From contig JAEXBU010000016.1 of assembly GCA_023393815.1 (NCBI GenBank), positions 1 to 56,851 of the forward strand: DNA of 56,851 bases, in the 5' to 3' direction. The notes under the pieces were generated by a model, which had not been told where the DNA came from, did no database searches, and was given only the letters and a program-made list of their open reading frames with translations. Shown here in pieces: positions 46,148 through 55,811 of the stretch. Both the position numbers and the translations under genes were made by a program. Source of the stretch: Bacillota bacterium. Its GTDB lineage: Bacteria; Bacillota; Clostridia; Tissierellales; Peptoniphilaceae. Position 1 is the stretch's first letter. Each line of letters begins with the position of its first letter.

Positions 46148-47285
46148 CGTTCACCAGCTCCTTTCTCAATTCATCCAGTGCCTCTAAGGCCGCGTCGATT
46201 TCTTTTTCCGTCGTAAAGTAGGAGAAAGAAAAGCGAACGGCGCCGACCTTTCGCGTGCCCATGGCCTCGTGAATTAAGGGGGCACAGTGAGCGCCGGTGC
46301 GAACCATGATTCCGTAGCGAGATTCCAAAAGTTCCCCCACTTTCGACGAGGGCACGCCCTTTACATTCACGCTGACGACGGCGGTTTTTCTCTTCGGATC
46401 CTTGGAGCCGTAGACGATCACACCGTCCATCGTCGAAAGACCTTTTAAAAACCGCTCCACCAAAGCCTCTTCGTGGGCGCGAACGGCCTCGATGCCCACC
46501 TTATTTAGAAAGGTGAGGGCGCCGTGAAGCCCGGCGATGCCATGTCCGTTTTGCGTTCCCGCCTCGAGCCGCGTGGGCATGGCGTCGGGCTGGCGCTTAT
46601 TGTAGGAGTCGACGCCACTTCCTCCCACTTTCAAGGGTTTCACGTCTACACCTTCGCGAACGTAAAGTCCCCCGGTGCCCTGAGGACCCATTAAAGCTTT
46701 GTGCCCCGTAAAGGCCAACAGATCGATCCCGCACTTCTCCACGTCGATGGGGATCGCCCCCACCGTTTGGCTGCCGTCGACGATAAAAAGCAGTCCATGG
46801 GCGCGGCAAAAAGCGCCGACTTTTTCGATATCCAACACATTGCCCGTCACATTGGACGCATGATTGACGACGACAGCCTTGGTATTGGGCCTCAATAACG
46901 CCTCCAGCCCGGACAAATCCACTTCTTCGTCGCCAAAAATGGGCAAAAAATCCAAAGCACAGCCGCTTCGGTACAGAGGCCGCAGGACGGAATTGTGTTC
47001 GGTCACCGTGGTGATCACGTGATCCTCCGCTTCGATAACGCCATGGATAGCGACGTTTAACGCCTCTGTGGCATTCAGCGCAAAGGCGATCCGCTTAGCA
47101 CTGCCGCCTGCATGAAACAGATCCGAAAGCAACGTACGCGTCCTGTACTCCAGTCGCGCCGCCTCGAGAGCACCGTGCCCTGTGCCTCGACCCGCGTTTC
47201 CGATGGAATTCAGCGCGCCTACAATCCCCATTTCCACTTCCTTCGGCTTTTTCATAGATGTCGCCGCATTATCTAAGTAAATCAT
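46119..47285 (-). CDS. Class V PLP enzyme, cysteine desulfurase/selenocysteine lyase family
   Basis: MIYLDNAATS, EHNSV, HASNVTG, TGHKALMGPQG (PLP Lys), RTGAHCAP (catalytic Cys). Confidence 0.92.
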   Translation of the reverse strand: MIYLDNAATSMKKPKEVEMGIVGALNSIGNAGRGTGHGALEAARLEYRTRTLLSDLFHAGGSAKRIAFALNATEALNVAIHGVIEAEDHVITTVTEHNSVLRPLYRSGCALDFLPIFGDEEVDLSGLEALLRPNTKAVVVNHASNVTGNVLDIEKVGAFCRAHGLLFIVDGSQTVGAIPIDVEKCGIDLLAFTGHKALMGPQGTGGLYVREGVDVKPLKVGGSGVDSYNKRQPDAMPTRLEAGTQNGHGIAGLHGALTFLNKVGIEAVRAHEEALVERFLKGLSTMDGVIVYGSKDPKRKTAVVSVNVKGVPSSKVGELLESRYGIMVRTGAHCAPLIHEAMGTRKVGAVRFSFSYFTTEKEIDAALEALDELRKELVNDGGCTDRHL

Positions 47286-47410
47286 CGATACCTCCTTTCG
47301 AACCTCTACATACAATATAACATGAAACAAATTTCGCGTATTGTTTTCCCCCATTCATCGAAAAATAATATGTTGGAGTTTGTCCATTCAGATTTTCTAT
47401 CGCAGGCCCA

Positions 47411-47435
47411 CAAAAAAAAGAGCCCACAGGCTCTT
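47411..47435 (-). terminator. Intrinsic terminator after the vWA gene
   Basis: AAGAGCC-TGT-GGGCTC-T9. Confidence 0.8.
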
Positions 47436-49158
47436 ATTGTAATCGCTCCACTACGCTCTTTAAATACTTGCCGACCACTACGGAAAAGCGTTCCAAATCT
47501 TTGATACGCACGAAATCCGTCCCGAAGATAAGTTTCTCCTGGTCCAATTCCTCGTCCTCTCCCGTGAAAACGCCGAGAATCGCCCGCTGCTTCAGCTTGC
47601 CTTGCAAAACTTCCGCCGCCGTGTCGTACACCGCCTCTTCCCCTTCGTAATCGCACACGCCGCCTTTGTTGGCGTCCAGGCCGATGGAAAGAAGGTCATT
47701 GGGCATACCGTCGGAAAGGACGATCAACACCTTCGTATCCGCCTCGATTTCGTCCATCGTTTCAAAGACGTAGCGCAGGGCAAAGCCGTCGCGATTGGAT
47801 CCGCTGGCCTTGTAGGAAAAAATCTCGCGATTTTCCTTCGCTTCGTCTTTGTAGTCGCGAAAGATGCGAATAATTTGGTAATGAAAGAGGTTGCAAAAAC
47901 CCATGACCCGCGTGGGAATCCTTAACTCCGTTAAGGCCTCGGCGATGAGAAAGCCTTGAATCGCCACTTCCGCCTGGCGATCTTGCTGGGATCCGCTCAT
48001 GTCCAGGAGAATATCCACGGCAAAGGAATTTTCCTGTTCAAAAGAATTTTTCTTAAAAATGCGCTCATCTCCCAAGACCTCGTGGCGCCACAGTCGGCTC
48101 GTGTCGATGGCTCCGTTAGCGGCGTGCACCGCCTCTTGGGAGGAGTCGTCCAAAAGATTTTTGCGAATGATTTCTCGCAACTCGAAAATGGATCGTTCGT
48201 AAATATGGCGGTCTTTGTCGTAAATAGCCTCGGTTTCTCTTCTTTGGGCGAGGATTTGCTCTTCGAAAAATCGCGCGCCCATATCATTTTCAAACTGTCC
48301 CCGGGTCACGTGCAGGCGCATCCCCTGGTGTATTCCCGTAGCGATGATCGTCTCGATTTTTTTCGCCTTTGCCGGAGGCAGGGCCTCTACGCCGTAGTGC
48401 TTTCTTACGCGACTCAACGTGCGCGCCTCGCTGTCTGCACGCCCCTTGGAAATGGATGCGTCCGATTCCACCACCTTGGACGTATCGCGAATGACGCCGG
48501 AAAACTCCGCAGACTCGATAATCTCCGTATCCCTGTTTTCCATAGGCTCGGACTTCTGTTCCACGATCTTCCGCTTTTTTTTCTTCTCCGGCTGTTCAGG
48601 TTGCGTCGGAACGTGCTTATCTTCGATCTTTTTTTCCACTTCAAAGGTGAGGGTCGGATTTACGTGGAAGTGTTCCCGCCACAAGCGGGACAGATAGTCG
48701 TAAAATTCACCTTCCGTCTTTAATCGATCCCCGGCGATCAATTTGCGCATTAAGGGTTCTAAAAACGTGCCCGCACTCATGGGCTTGCCCATGCGATACG
48801 CCGCATACTGCATATCGATCTCCTGAGCCATGTCCCTTTTATTCAAAAAATTCAGATCCCGAAAGCGGCGTTTGTACGCATCCTTCGCCATAGACTTGAT
48901 TCCCGGCCGTTCGCGATACAAAGCGGCCTTCGTATATTGTAAGGCCAAAATGCGGGCTACGGTGCGCATATCCTTTCCGTTGGAAACCGCCTCCGTATTT
49001 TTCGCCACGAAATTTGCCAGGCGATTTTTCGGGAAGGCCCGATCGATCATGCCCGCTTCAGCGGCATCGAACCCGTCGCCTTCGCCAGCGTAGCGTCGCT
49101 GATAATTGCCGCCGACGGTCCAATAGACGTTTTGCCTACGCTTGTCCGTCCAACTCAT
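47434..49158 (-). CDS. vWA/MIDAS-domain protein (NorD/CobT-like)
   Basis: C-terminal ILLDMSGSQ, NRDG, VLSDGMPND; ATGA overlap with the AAA gene. Confidence 0.85.
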   Translation of the reverse strand: MSWTDKRRQNVYWTVGGNYQRRYAGEGDGFDAAEAGMIDRAFPKNRLANFVAKNTEAVSNGKDMRTVARILALQYTKAALYRERPGIKSMAKDAYKRRFRDLNFLNKRDMAQEIDMQYAAYRMGKPMSAGTFLEPLMRKLIAGDRLKTEGEFYDYLSRLWREHFHVNPTLTFEVEKKIEDKHVPTQPEQPEKKKKRKIVEQKSEPMENRDTEIIESAEFSGVIRDTSKVVESDASISKGRADSEARTLSRVRKHYGVEALPPAKAKKIETIIATGIHQGMRLHVTRGQFENDMGARFFEEQILAQRRETEAIYDKDRHIYERSIFELREIIRKNLLDDSSQEAVHAANGAIDTSRLWRHEVLGDERIFKKNSFEQENSFAVDILLDMSGSQQDRQAEVAIQGFLIAEALTELRIPTRVMGFCNLFHYQIIRIFRDYKDEAKENREIFSYKASGSNRDGFALRYVFETMDEIEADTKVLIVLSDGMPNDLLSIGLDANKGGVCDYEGEEAVYDTAAEVLQGKLKQRAILGVFTGEDEELDQEKLIFGTDFVRIKDLERFSVVVGKYLKSVVERLQ

Positions 49159-50078
49159 CGAAAGAGTTCCCCTCGCGTCACATCTTTAGCGAATAAGGTG
49201 TCGATCACATCCTCCACCACTTCTTTTTCGAAACGGTCGAAGGATTTGTTTACGATCCCCATATTCAAGGCGTCCTTCACGGAAAGCCCTCGTTCGATCA
49301 TTCTTAGAGCGCCGAAGAGTCCACGCATATCTACCGCCTTGGAAGAAATTTCTCCTTCTAAACTTTTGTTTTGAAGATCCGTAAAGAGCCGGGCAAAAAG
49401 AAGCATTCCGTCTTCGTTCAGATGGGTCTCTTCCCGTAAAATCTGTTTCAACCCTTCTCCTTCTAAAATCGGCATATCGATGACCATAAAGCGGCTGATC
49501 AAGGCCTCGTTCAATTCCCGCGTGCCCATGTAACCGTAGTTCATCGTACCAATAAATCGAGTGGCGTCGTCTAAGGGAATACGGTCGTAGCCCGGCACGT
49601 CGATCATGCGGCGAAAGTCCAAAGCCGAGTGAACTACGGAGAGGGATTCATTTTTCGCCATATTAATTTCGTCGAAAATCGCAAAGCCGCCCAATTCCGC
49701 CGCCAAGGTAACCGGCCCCTTCTTAAGAACCACTTCCCCGTTTCGGAAGGTATCCACGCCGATCAACGAGGCGCTGTCCACGTTCACATTTAAAGACATA
49801 TTCCACATGGGGCGGTTGAACAATTGGGCCAAGTTTTCAGAAAAGACGTTTTTCCCCGTCGCCTTGGGTCCGGACAACAGAATATGATACCCTGACAACA
49901 TGGCGTAGATCGCTTTTTCCCAAATTTCCTTCCCGTAGTAACGGTAAATAGAGACGGGAATCCGATCTTTTACGGAAGGATCCACCGGGTGTTCCTTCAC
50001 AAAATCCTCTACGTCTTTTAACAGGGCTTTGTCGATGGCTTGCTTGTTTAAAAATTCTACCAGTTGTTCTCTCTTCAT
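49155..50078 (-). CDS. MoxR-class AAA+ ATPase (CbbQ/NirQ/NorQ-like)
   Basis: Walker A GPKATGKN, Walker B IFDEIN, GTMNYGYMGTRELNEALISRF. Confidence 0.9.
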   Translation of the reverse strand: MKREQLVEFLNKQAIDKALLKDVEDFVKEHPVDPSVKDRIPVSIYRYYGKEIWEKAIYAMLSGYHILLSGPKATGKNVFSENLAQLFNRPMWNMSLNVNVDSASLIGVDTFRNGEVVLKKGPVTLAAELGGFAIFDEINMAKNESLSVVHSALDFRRMIDVPGYDRIPLDDATRFIGTMNYGYMGTRELNEALISRFMVIDMPILEGEGLKQILREETHLNEDGMLLFARLFTDLQNKSLEGEISSKAVDMRGLFGALRMIERGLSVKDALNMGIVNKSFDRFEKEVVEDVIDTLFAKDVTRGELFR

Positions 50079-50130
50079 GTTCTTCCCTTCTCTATAGCAA
50101 TGCGCCCTCGGCGCGCTCCTTCAATCGGAT

Positions 50131-51648
50131 TTATGCCCTCTCTTTTTTGGAGAAAAGCAATTTTTTTATCTGTTCGATTTCGTCAAACTTCATGACGTAG
50201 GCCAAAATAAAGTAACTCACTCCCGCTACTGCAATCGCGACCATCAGCGCCTTATTCGGCGAGACTCTTCCGGACAAAAATCCTTCGACTCCCTTTGCGA
50301 TCACCCCCATCGCCGCCGATGCGAAAACAATTTTTCCCATGTTTTTCATTCCGGAAGAAAGGTTCAATCCCTCTCCTCCGCCCTTTAAGTGAATCAACAT
50401 TCCTACAGCGCCCACCCAAAGAGACAAAGAGGTGCCCATGGCGAGTCCGCGAAGGCCGTAGATCTTTCCGAGGAGAATACTCAACAAGACGTTTACCGCT
50501 ACCATGTAGGCGGCATTGATCATGGGAAAGGAGGCATCTTTTCGGCTGTAGGAAATGCGTATGCCGATTTCCCGAATGCCGATGGCAAACAGTCCCGCGG
50601 CGTAAAATAAGAGCACTTCCCCGGTGACGCGCACGTCGTCGGCGGAAAAGGCGCCGCTTAAAAACAATAGCCGCACGATTTCTTTATGAAAGCACATAAC
50701 GCCCACCGTCGCCGGCAAGACGAAAGCCGCCATAAGAGAAAGACCTTCCCGAAAGACCCTCCCGAGTTCGGCCTCGTCGCCCTTTTCTACAAGGTTCGCC
50801 ATGGAGGGATAGGTTACCGTCACGATGCTTGTTACCACGATCCCGGTGACGAAGCCTTGAATCTTCGTGGCGTAATTGATGACCGCTACGCCGGCGGGGT
50901 CGATCATTGAGGCCAGGGCCTTACTTATGATAGTATTGAGTTCCAAAACCGATGTGGACAATAAAATCGGCAGAATCAGCAGCCACAATTTTTTCATGGC
51001 CGCCCCGGTGACGGGATAGCCACGACGCAGCTGGAAGCCGCTCTTTTTCAAATAGGGTAAAAAAATGACGTACTGAATACAAAAGGCAAACAAAATACCG
51101 AAGGCCAAGACGCGTAAATCGCCGGCGCGTCCCAAAATCATGGCGACGATTAACGCCGAATTCATGACTACGGAATGGAACATGGATACGATAAAGTGGG
51201 CGTGAATCTGTAAATAGGCTTTAAAAATAGAAAAAACGGCAGTTACCGCGATGCTTAAAGCGCTTACACGGCTCATGGCCACGGTTTTTTCAAAAACGTC
51301 GCCGTCAAATCCCGGCGCCATCAACCCCACCAACTGTGGCGCGAAGAGTACGGCCAAAAGACTGATCCCCAAGGCCACAAGAGCCACACTCCACGTTAAA
51401 GACGTGGTAAATCGATCCGCCTCCTCCTTTCCGTCTCGATGGGCGAGAGCCGTGTAGACGGGAATAAAGCCGCCGGAAATAGAGCCTGCGAATAAATTAG
51501 ACAACACCATAGGCAAAGTAAAGGCGATAAGAAAAATATTTGCCACCGCCGAGGTTCCAAAAAAATGGGCTAGGGCTTTTTCCCTAGCCAATCCAAAACA
51601 CTTGGTCCCTATGGTAATAAGCATTAACAAGAGGGATGTATGTTGCAT
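50131..51648 (-). CDS. murJ: Lipid II flippase MurJ/MviN family
   Basis: KCFGLARE, FIPVY, APGF, RLLFLSGAF, GLAMGTSLS; about 14 TM helices. Confidence 0.85.
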   Translation of the reverse strand: MQHTSLLLMLITIGTKCFGLAREKALAHFFGTSAVANIFLIAFTLPMVLSNLFAGSISGGFIPVYTALAHRDGKEEADRFTTSLTWSVALVALGISLLAVLFAPQLVGLMAPGFDGDVFEKTVAMSRVSALSIAVTAVFSIFKAYLQIHAHFIVSMFHSVVMNSALIVAMILGRAGDLRVLAFGILFAFCIQYVIFLPYLKKSGFQLRRGYPVTGAAMKKLWLLILPILLSTSVLELNTIISKALASMIDPAGVAVINYATKIQGFVTGIVVTSIVTVTYPSMANLVEKGDEAELGRVFREGLSLMAAFVLPATVGVMCFHKEIVRLLFLSGAFSADDVRVTGEVLLFYAAGLFAIGIREIGIRISYSRKDASFPMINAAYMVAVNVLLSILLGKIYGLRGLAMGTSLSLWVGAVGMLIHLKGGGEGLNLSSGMKNMGKIVFASAAMGVIAKGVEGFLSGRVSPNKALMVAIAVAGVSYFILAYVMKFDEIEQIKKLLFSKKERA

Positions 51649-51654
51649 AAGGCC

Positions 51655-52671
51655 CTACTTTAAAATGCCAAAGCTGTAACCATCGCTTCTAAGAGCGTCG
51701 ATTACACCGGGCAAGGCATCGGCGGAAAGCTGTTTCGTTTCCGCGTCGTGCATTAAAATGACGATCACCGATCCGTCCTCGTTTTTCGGCATGGATTTTT
51801 TCAAAAATTCCACCAAACCCGACGCCGTCGTAGGTCGTCGGCTGGCCGGTTCCGCATCGCCTGTAAGAGCGTTCCAGTCGATCCAGGAAACGCCCATATC
51901 CTTCAATTTTTCATCGGCGCTCTCCAAGCTCTTCCAGCTCATGTGGCCGCCGGGGTAGCGCCAAACGCCGGAGTGGAAGTTCTTGCCTAAAAGCTTCTGC
52001 AAGGCACTTTGTGCCTGTTTCGCTTCCTCTTCAATGGCGGCAGCATTGCCTACGCGCCCGGGGTACAATTTTTGATAGTCGTGACTATAAGAGTGCAGGG
52101 CGATGGCATTGCCTTCGGTAAGTTCGCGTAGTAAAATGTCGCGATTTTTTTCCTGCACGCTTTTCCCTATAACGAAAAAGGTGGCGTGGGCATCTTTTTC
52201 TTTTAAAGTATCCAATACCTGCGGTGAAATCTTATGGTTCGGACCATCGTCAAAGGTTAAAAAAGCAATTTTCTTTTTTCCGGTGTATTCCTTTTTCCCT
52301 TCAATAATATCGGAAATTTCGCCGGCATCGTAGGCGTAGCTCGAAGCACGGGTAATGTGATTTTCCCCTTTCGCCAAGCGGATTTCGATGCGGTCGTTAA
52401 TAATATTATTCGTTAAGTTTCCGATTTCCTGCGGCGTATACGCCCGCTTCGGATCCAGCGCATCCATATTTTTAAGGACGAACCATTCGATTTGATTGCC
52501 CCCTTCGCCGGAGGATTGGCCGACCATGCCCTTCAACTTGTGAAAAGCCGCGCCAAACAGGACGACGATGGCGACTAAAAGCACCACCCCTCTTAAGCGA
52601 GCCCGGCGCTTTCTCTTTTGAATGCGAATTTTTCTGCGCCTTCTCTCTCTTTCCATTTCTTCTCTGTGCAT
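51655..52671 (-). CDS. Membrane-anchored polysaccharide (peptidoglycan) deacetylase
   Basis: LTFDDGP, ATFFVIG, HSYSH, RYPGG, DWN, LMHD. Confidence 0.93.
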   Translation of the reverse strand: MHREEMERERRRRKIRIQKRKRRARLRGVVLLVAIVVLFGAAFHKLKGMVGQSSGEGGNQIEWFVLKNMDALDPKRAYTPQEIGNLTNNIINDRIEIRLAKGENHITRASSYAYDAGEISDIIEGKKEYTGKKKIAFLTFDDGPNHKISPQVLDTLKEKDAHATFFVIGKSVQEKNRDILLRELTEGNAIALHSYSHDYQKLYPGRVGNAAAIEEEAKQAQSALQKLLGKNFHSGVWRYPGGHMSWKSLESADEKLKDMGVSWIDWNALTGDAEPASRRPTTASGLVEFLKKSMPKNEDGSVIVILMHDAETKQLSADALPGVIDALRSDGYSFGILK

Positions 52672-52680
52672 AACTCCTCC

Positions 52681-54075
52681 TTAAGGATGTACGGTAATAC
52701 TTTGGGCGATCTTCGCCCCGTCGCCATAGACGTAGCCTTTTAGCACGTGACCGTTCCACAACCACGAGACCTGGCGTCCAAGCAAGGTATCCTCGATATT
52801 GGTCATGTCCAAATCGTACGCCGTATCGGACATAACATCGCGTAACTTAACCGTCGTTCCCTGACCCAGAGCCAGGTAGCGACCGCTTAACAATTTTATA
52901 CTATGGCCGCGGCCCGTGTCGTAAGCGTACGTCGCCACACATCGGCGATGTTCTATACTCCACACGCGCACGAGCCCCGTTTCCCTGTCGTCCGTCACAA
53001 TATAAGACGACGCCAACTGAAAATCCGCCACGCCCTCCTCGGGCATACGCCAGCCGCCATCGCTCCCTTCATGGAGGTACAGGCGTCCGTCGGCTCGAAA
53101 GAGCACGCGACCCTCTTGCACGTCGAAAGTTTCTACCGGACGCGAAACGACGCGCGTGAGCACCTTCGTTTCCGGATGAAAAGCGTAGATGCCGTCGTCC
53201 GTTTGAAAGTACACTGTGTCTCCGTCCAAGCGAACTCGATCGGCTCCCTTCATGGCGTAGGGCACGGAGTAAATCTTCCGCTCACCCTTTTCCACGGGAT
53301 AAAAAAACATACGCCGCCCGTCTCGCGCCAACGCCGTCTTCGTTTTTTCGTCGTAATCTTCCGGAGCCTGAAGAGCCAGGTCGCCGCGATAGCTTAGGGC
53401 CTCTTTGTCGTTCAACTGAAACAGACTTCCCATGCCGCCGGGCACTTTTTCGCCCCAGCCCCACAGGTGGGTGCCATTTATGTCAAAAATCATCGTGGCC
53501 ATGGACCCGTCTCGGTAGGGATGAATGCTTCCCACCTCCACGGCGCGGGCGGGCACGACCTTTGCCTCTTCTTCCGGCGGAAGGATGACCATGCGGCTTT
53601 CATCGTCGGACACGTTCACCGTATAGCCCATTTGTTCGAGAAAAAAGACCAGCGGTACGTAAAGGACGTCGCCTTCTACCGTCGGATAGGCCTCCACGTG
53701 GATGCGCCCGCTTTGCTGAATGACCACAGGCTTATCCACAGCCATGACGACGCGATTCATTTGATTGATGGCGACGATCTTTTCATCGGAAAAATAGCTG
53801 ATGCGCTTTTTCCCCACCATACGTTCCATATCTTTGAAGGCCACGGCCCAACGGCCGTTGATTTTCTTCAAAGGATAGGTATAATACACTGGCTCCGTCT
53901 TGCTTTTCAACGGATTGTAGCGCACCATCTCCGGCGCGACGACCGGCGTCTCAACGGAAGGCGGCGACGCCTTGACGTCGCGAAAAAAACGCTCCTCCGG
54001 AGAATAGGACTTTGCCGCCATGAGGATCACGGCGAGCAAGATGCTTGCAATAAAAGCCGTTACTCTTTTGGTCAT
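52681..54075 (-). CDS. Secreted hypothetical protein (copper-amine-oxidase N-terminal-like stalk + probable beta-propeller)
   Basis: Signal peptide; PTVEGDVLYVPLVFFLEQMGYTV stalk motif; beta-rich repeats in the C-terminal half. Confidence 0.6.
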   Translation of the reverse strand: MTKRVTAFIASILLAVILMAAKSYSPEERFFRDVKASPPSVETPVVAPEMVRYNPLKSKTEPVYYTYPLKKINGRWAVAFKDMERMVGKKRISYFSDEKIVAINQMNRVVMAVDKPVVIQQSGRIHVEAYPTVEGDVLYVPLVFFLEQMGYTVNVSDDESRMVILPPEEEAKVVPARAVEVGSIHPYRDGSMATMIFDINGTHLWGWGEKVPGGMGSLFQLNDKEALSYRGDLALQAPEDYDEKTKTALARDGRRMFFYPVEKGERKIYSVPYAMKGADRVRLDGDTVYFQTDDGIYAFHPETKVLTRVVSRPVETFDVQEGRVLFRADGRLYLHEGSDGGWRMPEEGVADFQLASSYIVTDDRETGLVRVWSIEHRRCVATYAYDTGRGHSIKLLSGRYLALGQGTTVKLRDVMSDTAYDLDMTNIEDTLLGRQVSWLWNGHVLKGYVYGDGAKIAQSITVHP

Positions 54076-54143
54076 CTCGTCGCCTCCGTCCTTTATTTTA
54101 CCACAGCTTTTCCCCGGAAACTTCTAAATTTAGACAGTCGTTA

Positions 54144-55811
54144 TCATTCAAAGAGGGGAATGACATTGTTCTTTTTTACAAGACCCATGTAACCAAAGGC
54201 CGCCTCGCCGAAAGTCGTAAGAAAAAATTCATAATCTTCAGGCGGATGCAAGGCGATTTGATACAGATCCAAATCCCGTCCCAGTTCCCGGATTCGCCAG
54301 CGAATTTGTTCCTCCCGACCGTCGCCCGTGCCGCCGACGATGTGTTTATTGGCCGCGCCGGGCGCCAACGCCGTGGCAAAGATTTCCCGAAAAGGCCACG
54401 ACTGAAAATACGGATCGGCTTTGTTCAAATTCTCATTCAAAAGGGTGCTCACCCAAAGAACCGCCTTTTTCTCGTCGTCCAATGGAAGGTACTTTTCCAA
54501 ATTCACAGTCGGCGTTAAAATTCCCTCCTCTTCGACGAGCATTCCCTTTAGATGGGCGAACTTTCTGAAAAACACCAGTTCCGGGTAACTGCTCTCCCGA
54601 TGGGCCTTGCTCGTCTGAATAAAAACAGGCACTCGCTTTAACATGTAGGCGAGGCTCCACTGATTAATGGCTCCCGTTTTGGTAAGGACCAAGTCTTCTT
54701 CTTCAACGGCTTCCAAGTAGCGGTCGAATTGTTCCAGCCACCGAGATGGCGAGGTCATTTCCCCGCGGGCATCTTCCAAGCTTCCGAGACGATACATTCC
54801 GTGAACCGATCGAGTCAAAAGTCGCTTATACGCCGGGATTTTCTCCCGCGCCGGCTCCAATTTTTCCCGCGCCGCGTCGTTTTTTTGTCGTACACACCAA
54901 TAGTGAAGAAGTTCGTAAATGCGCGCCATTTGCGCGTCGTCGGCGAAATCTCCGTTCTCGGACGCCGCGTCCATGAGCTTATCATAATTCGTAAAGCGAT
55001 TATCTTCCAAGGTCAATCCGTCCGCCATCATGACCTTGGATTCCATTTGCTCGAGCAGGTACATATCGCTGATGATGGTCTCCTCATCTTCGGCAAATTG
55101 CGGTACCAGGGCGAGAATGCCGTCCGCCGACTCCGTGTCGAAAAAGTCGTCTTCTTCCAATTCCACTGACAGGTTCTCCCTCACCGCCTCACGCGCTTGC
55201 CCCAAGGCGATGGCATAGAGAAAGAGTACTTCCGGATTCCCTTTTTTTAAGGTGGCCTTATAGGCCTCGCTCTTTTCTTCTATCATGGGCTGGCGCTTTT
55301 TGAGCTCATCTACGACGGTGCAAAAGCTCTCACGCAGATCCTCCTCCACTACTTGAGGCGCGTGAAAAAGAAATTCGCCCACGGACGTATGAATGATGCG
55401 GCCGAGAAAAACGTCCCCTTCCTTCAATGTCTCGGTGCTTTCCGACGTCCGGAGCACCACAGCCGGCTCGGGAAATAGAATGCTCTGCACGTAAGGGCCT
55501 TCCTCGGACTTATAGTTCACCCGGTAAATGCCAATGTACGATTCATAGATGCGCTCTAAATAGGGCTCCACACTCCGCATTTTATGTATATGACGCCAAA
55601 ACTCGCCGATCAATTGGGTGGTCGTGGCGCGATTTTCCTCCGTATCGAACATCAGCCACGCGGCCAGGTCGAAGTGGGAAATACTCCTCCGCATGGGCTC
55701 GTACATTTCTTCATCCTGAAACAAGTCATCCATGGGAATGCTGTGGCGGGCAGAATCCACAATCGCCGCCACGTCGTCCAAAGTTTTTAGCCAAAGCTGT
55801 ATATTAGACAT
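54144..55811 (-). CDS. Hypothetical acidic cytoplasmic protein, 555 aa
   Basis: Long ORF co-oriented with neighbours, overlapping the upstream stop; AAGGAG RBS. Confidence 0.8.
   Translation of the reverse strand: MSNIQLWLKTLDDVAAIVDSARHSIPMDDLFQDEEMYEPMRRSISHFDLAAWLMFDTEENRATTTQLIGEFWRHIHKMRSVEPYLERIYESYIGIYRVNYKSEEGPYVQSILFPEPAVVLRTSESTETLKEGDVFLGRIIHTSVGEFLFHAPQVVEEDLRESFCTVVDELKKRQPMIEEKSEAYKATLKKGNPEVLFLYAIALGQAREAVRENLSVELEEDDFFDTESADGILALVPQFAEDEETIISDMYLLEQMESKVMMADGLTLEDNRFTNYDKLMDAASENGDFADDAQMARIYELLHYWCVRQKNDAAREKLEPAREKIPAYKRLLTRSVHGMYRLGSLEDARGEMTSPSRWLEQFDRYLEAVEEEDLVLTKTGAINQWSLAYMLKRVPVFIQTSKAHRESSYPELVFFRKFAHLKGMLVEEEGILTPTVNLEKYLPLDDEKKAVLWVSTLLNENLNKADPYFQSWPFREIFATALAPGAANKHIVGGTGDGREEQIRWRIRELGRDLDLYQIALHPPEDYEFFLTTFGEAAFGYMGLVKKNNVIPLFE

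Noticed and set aside
43964..47285. Selenoprotein (UGA read-through) in the desulfurase/DUF3343 cluster
   Set aside because: All four ORFs appear full length with Cys at the motif positions; no in-frame UGA is needed and no selD/yedE/yedF is in the window
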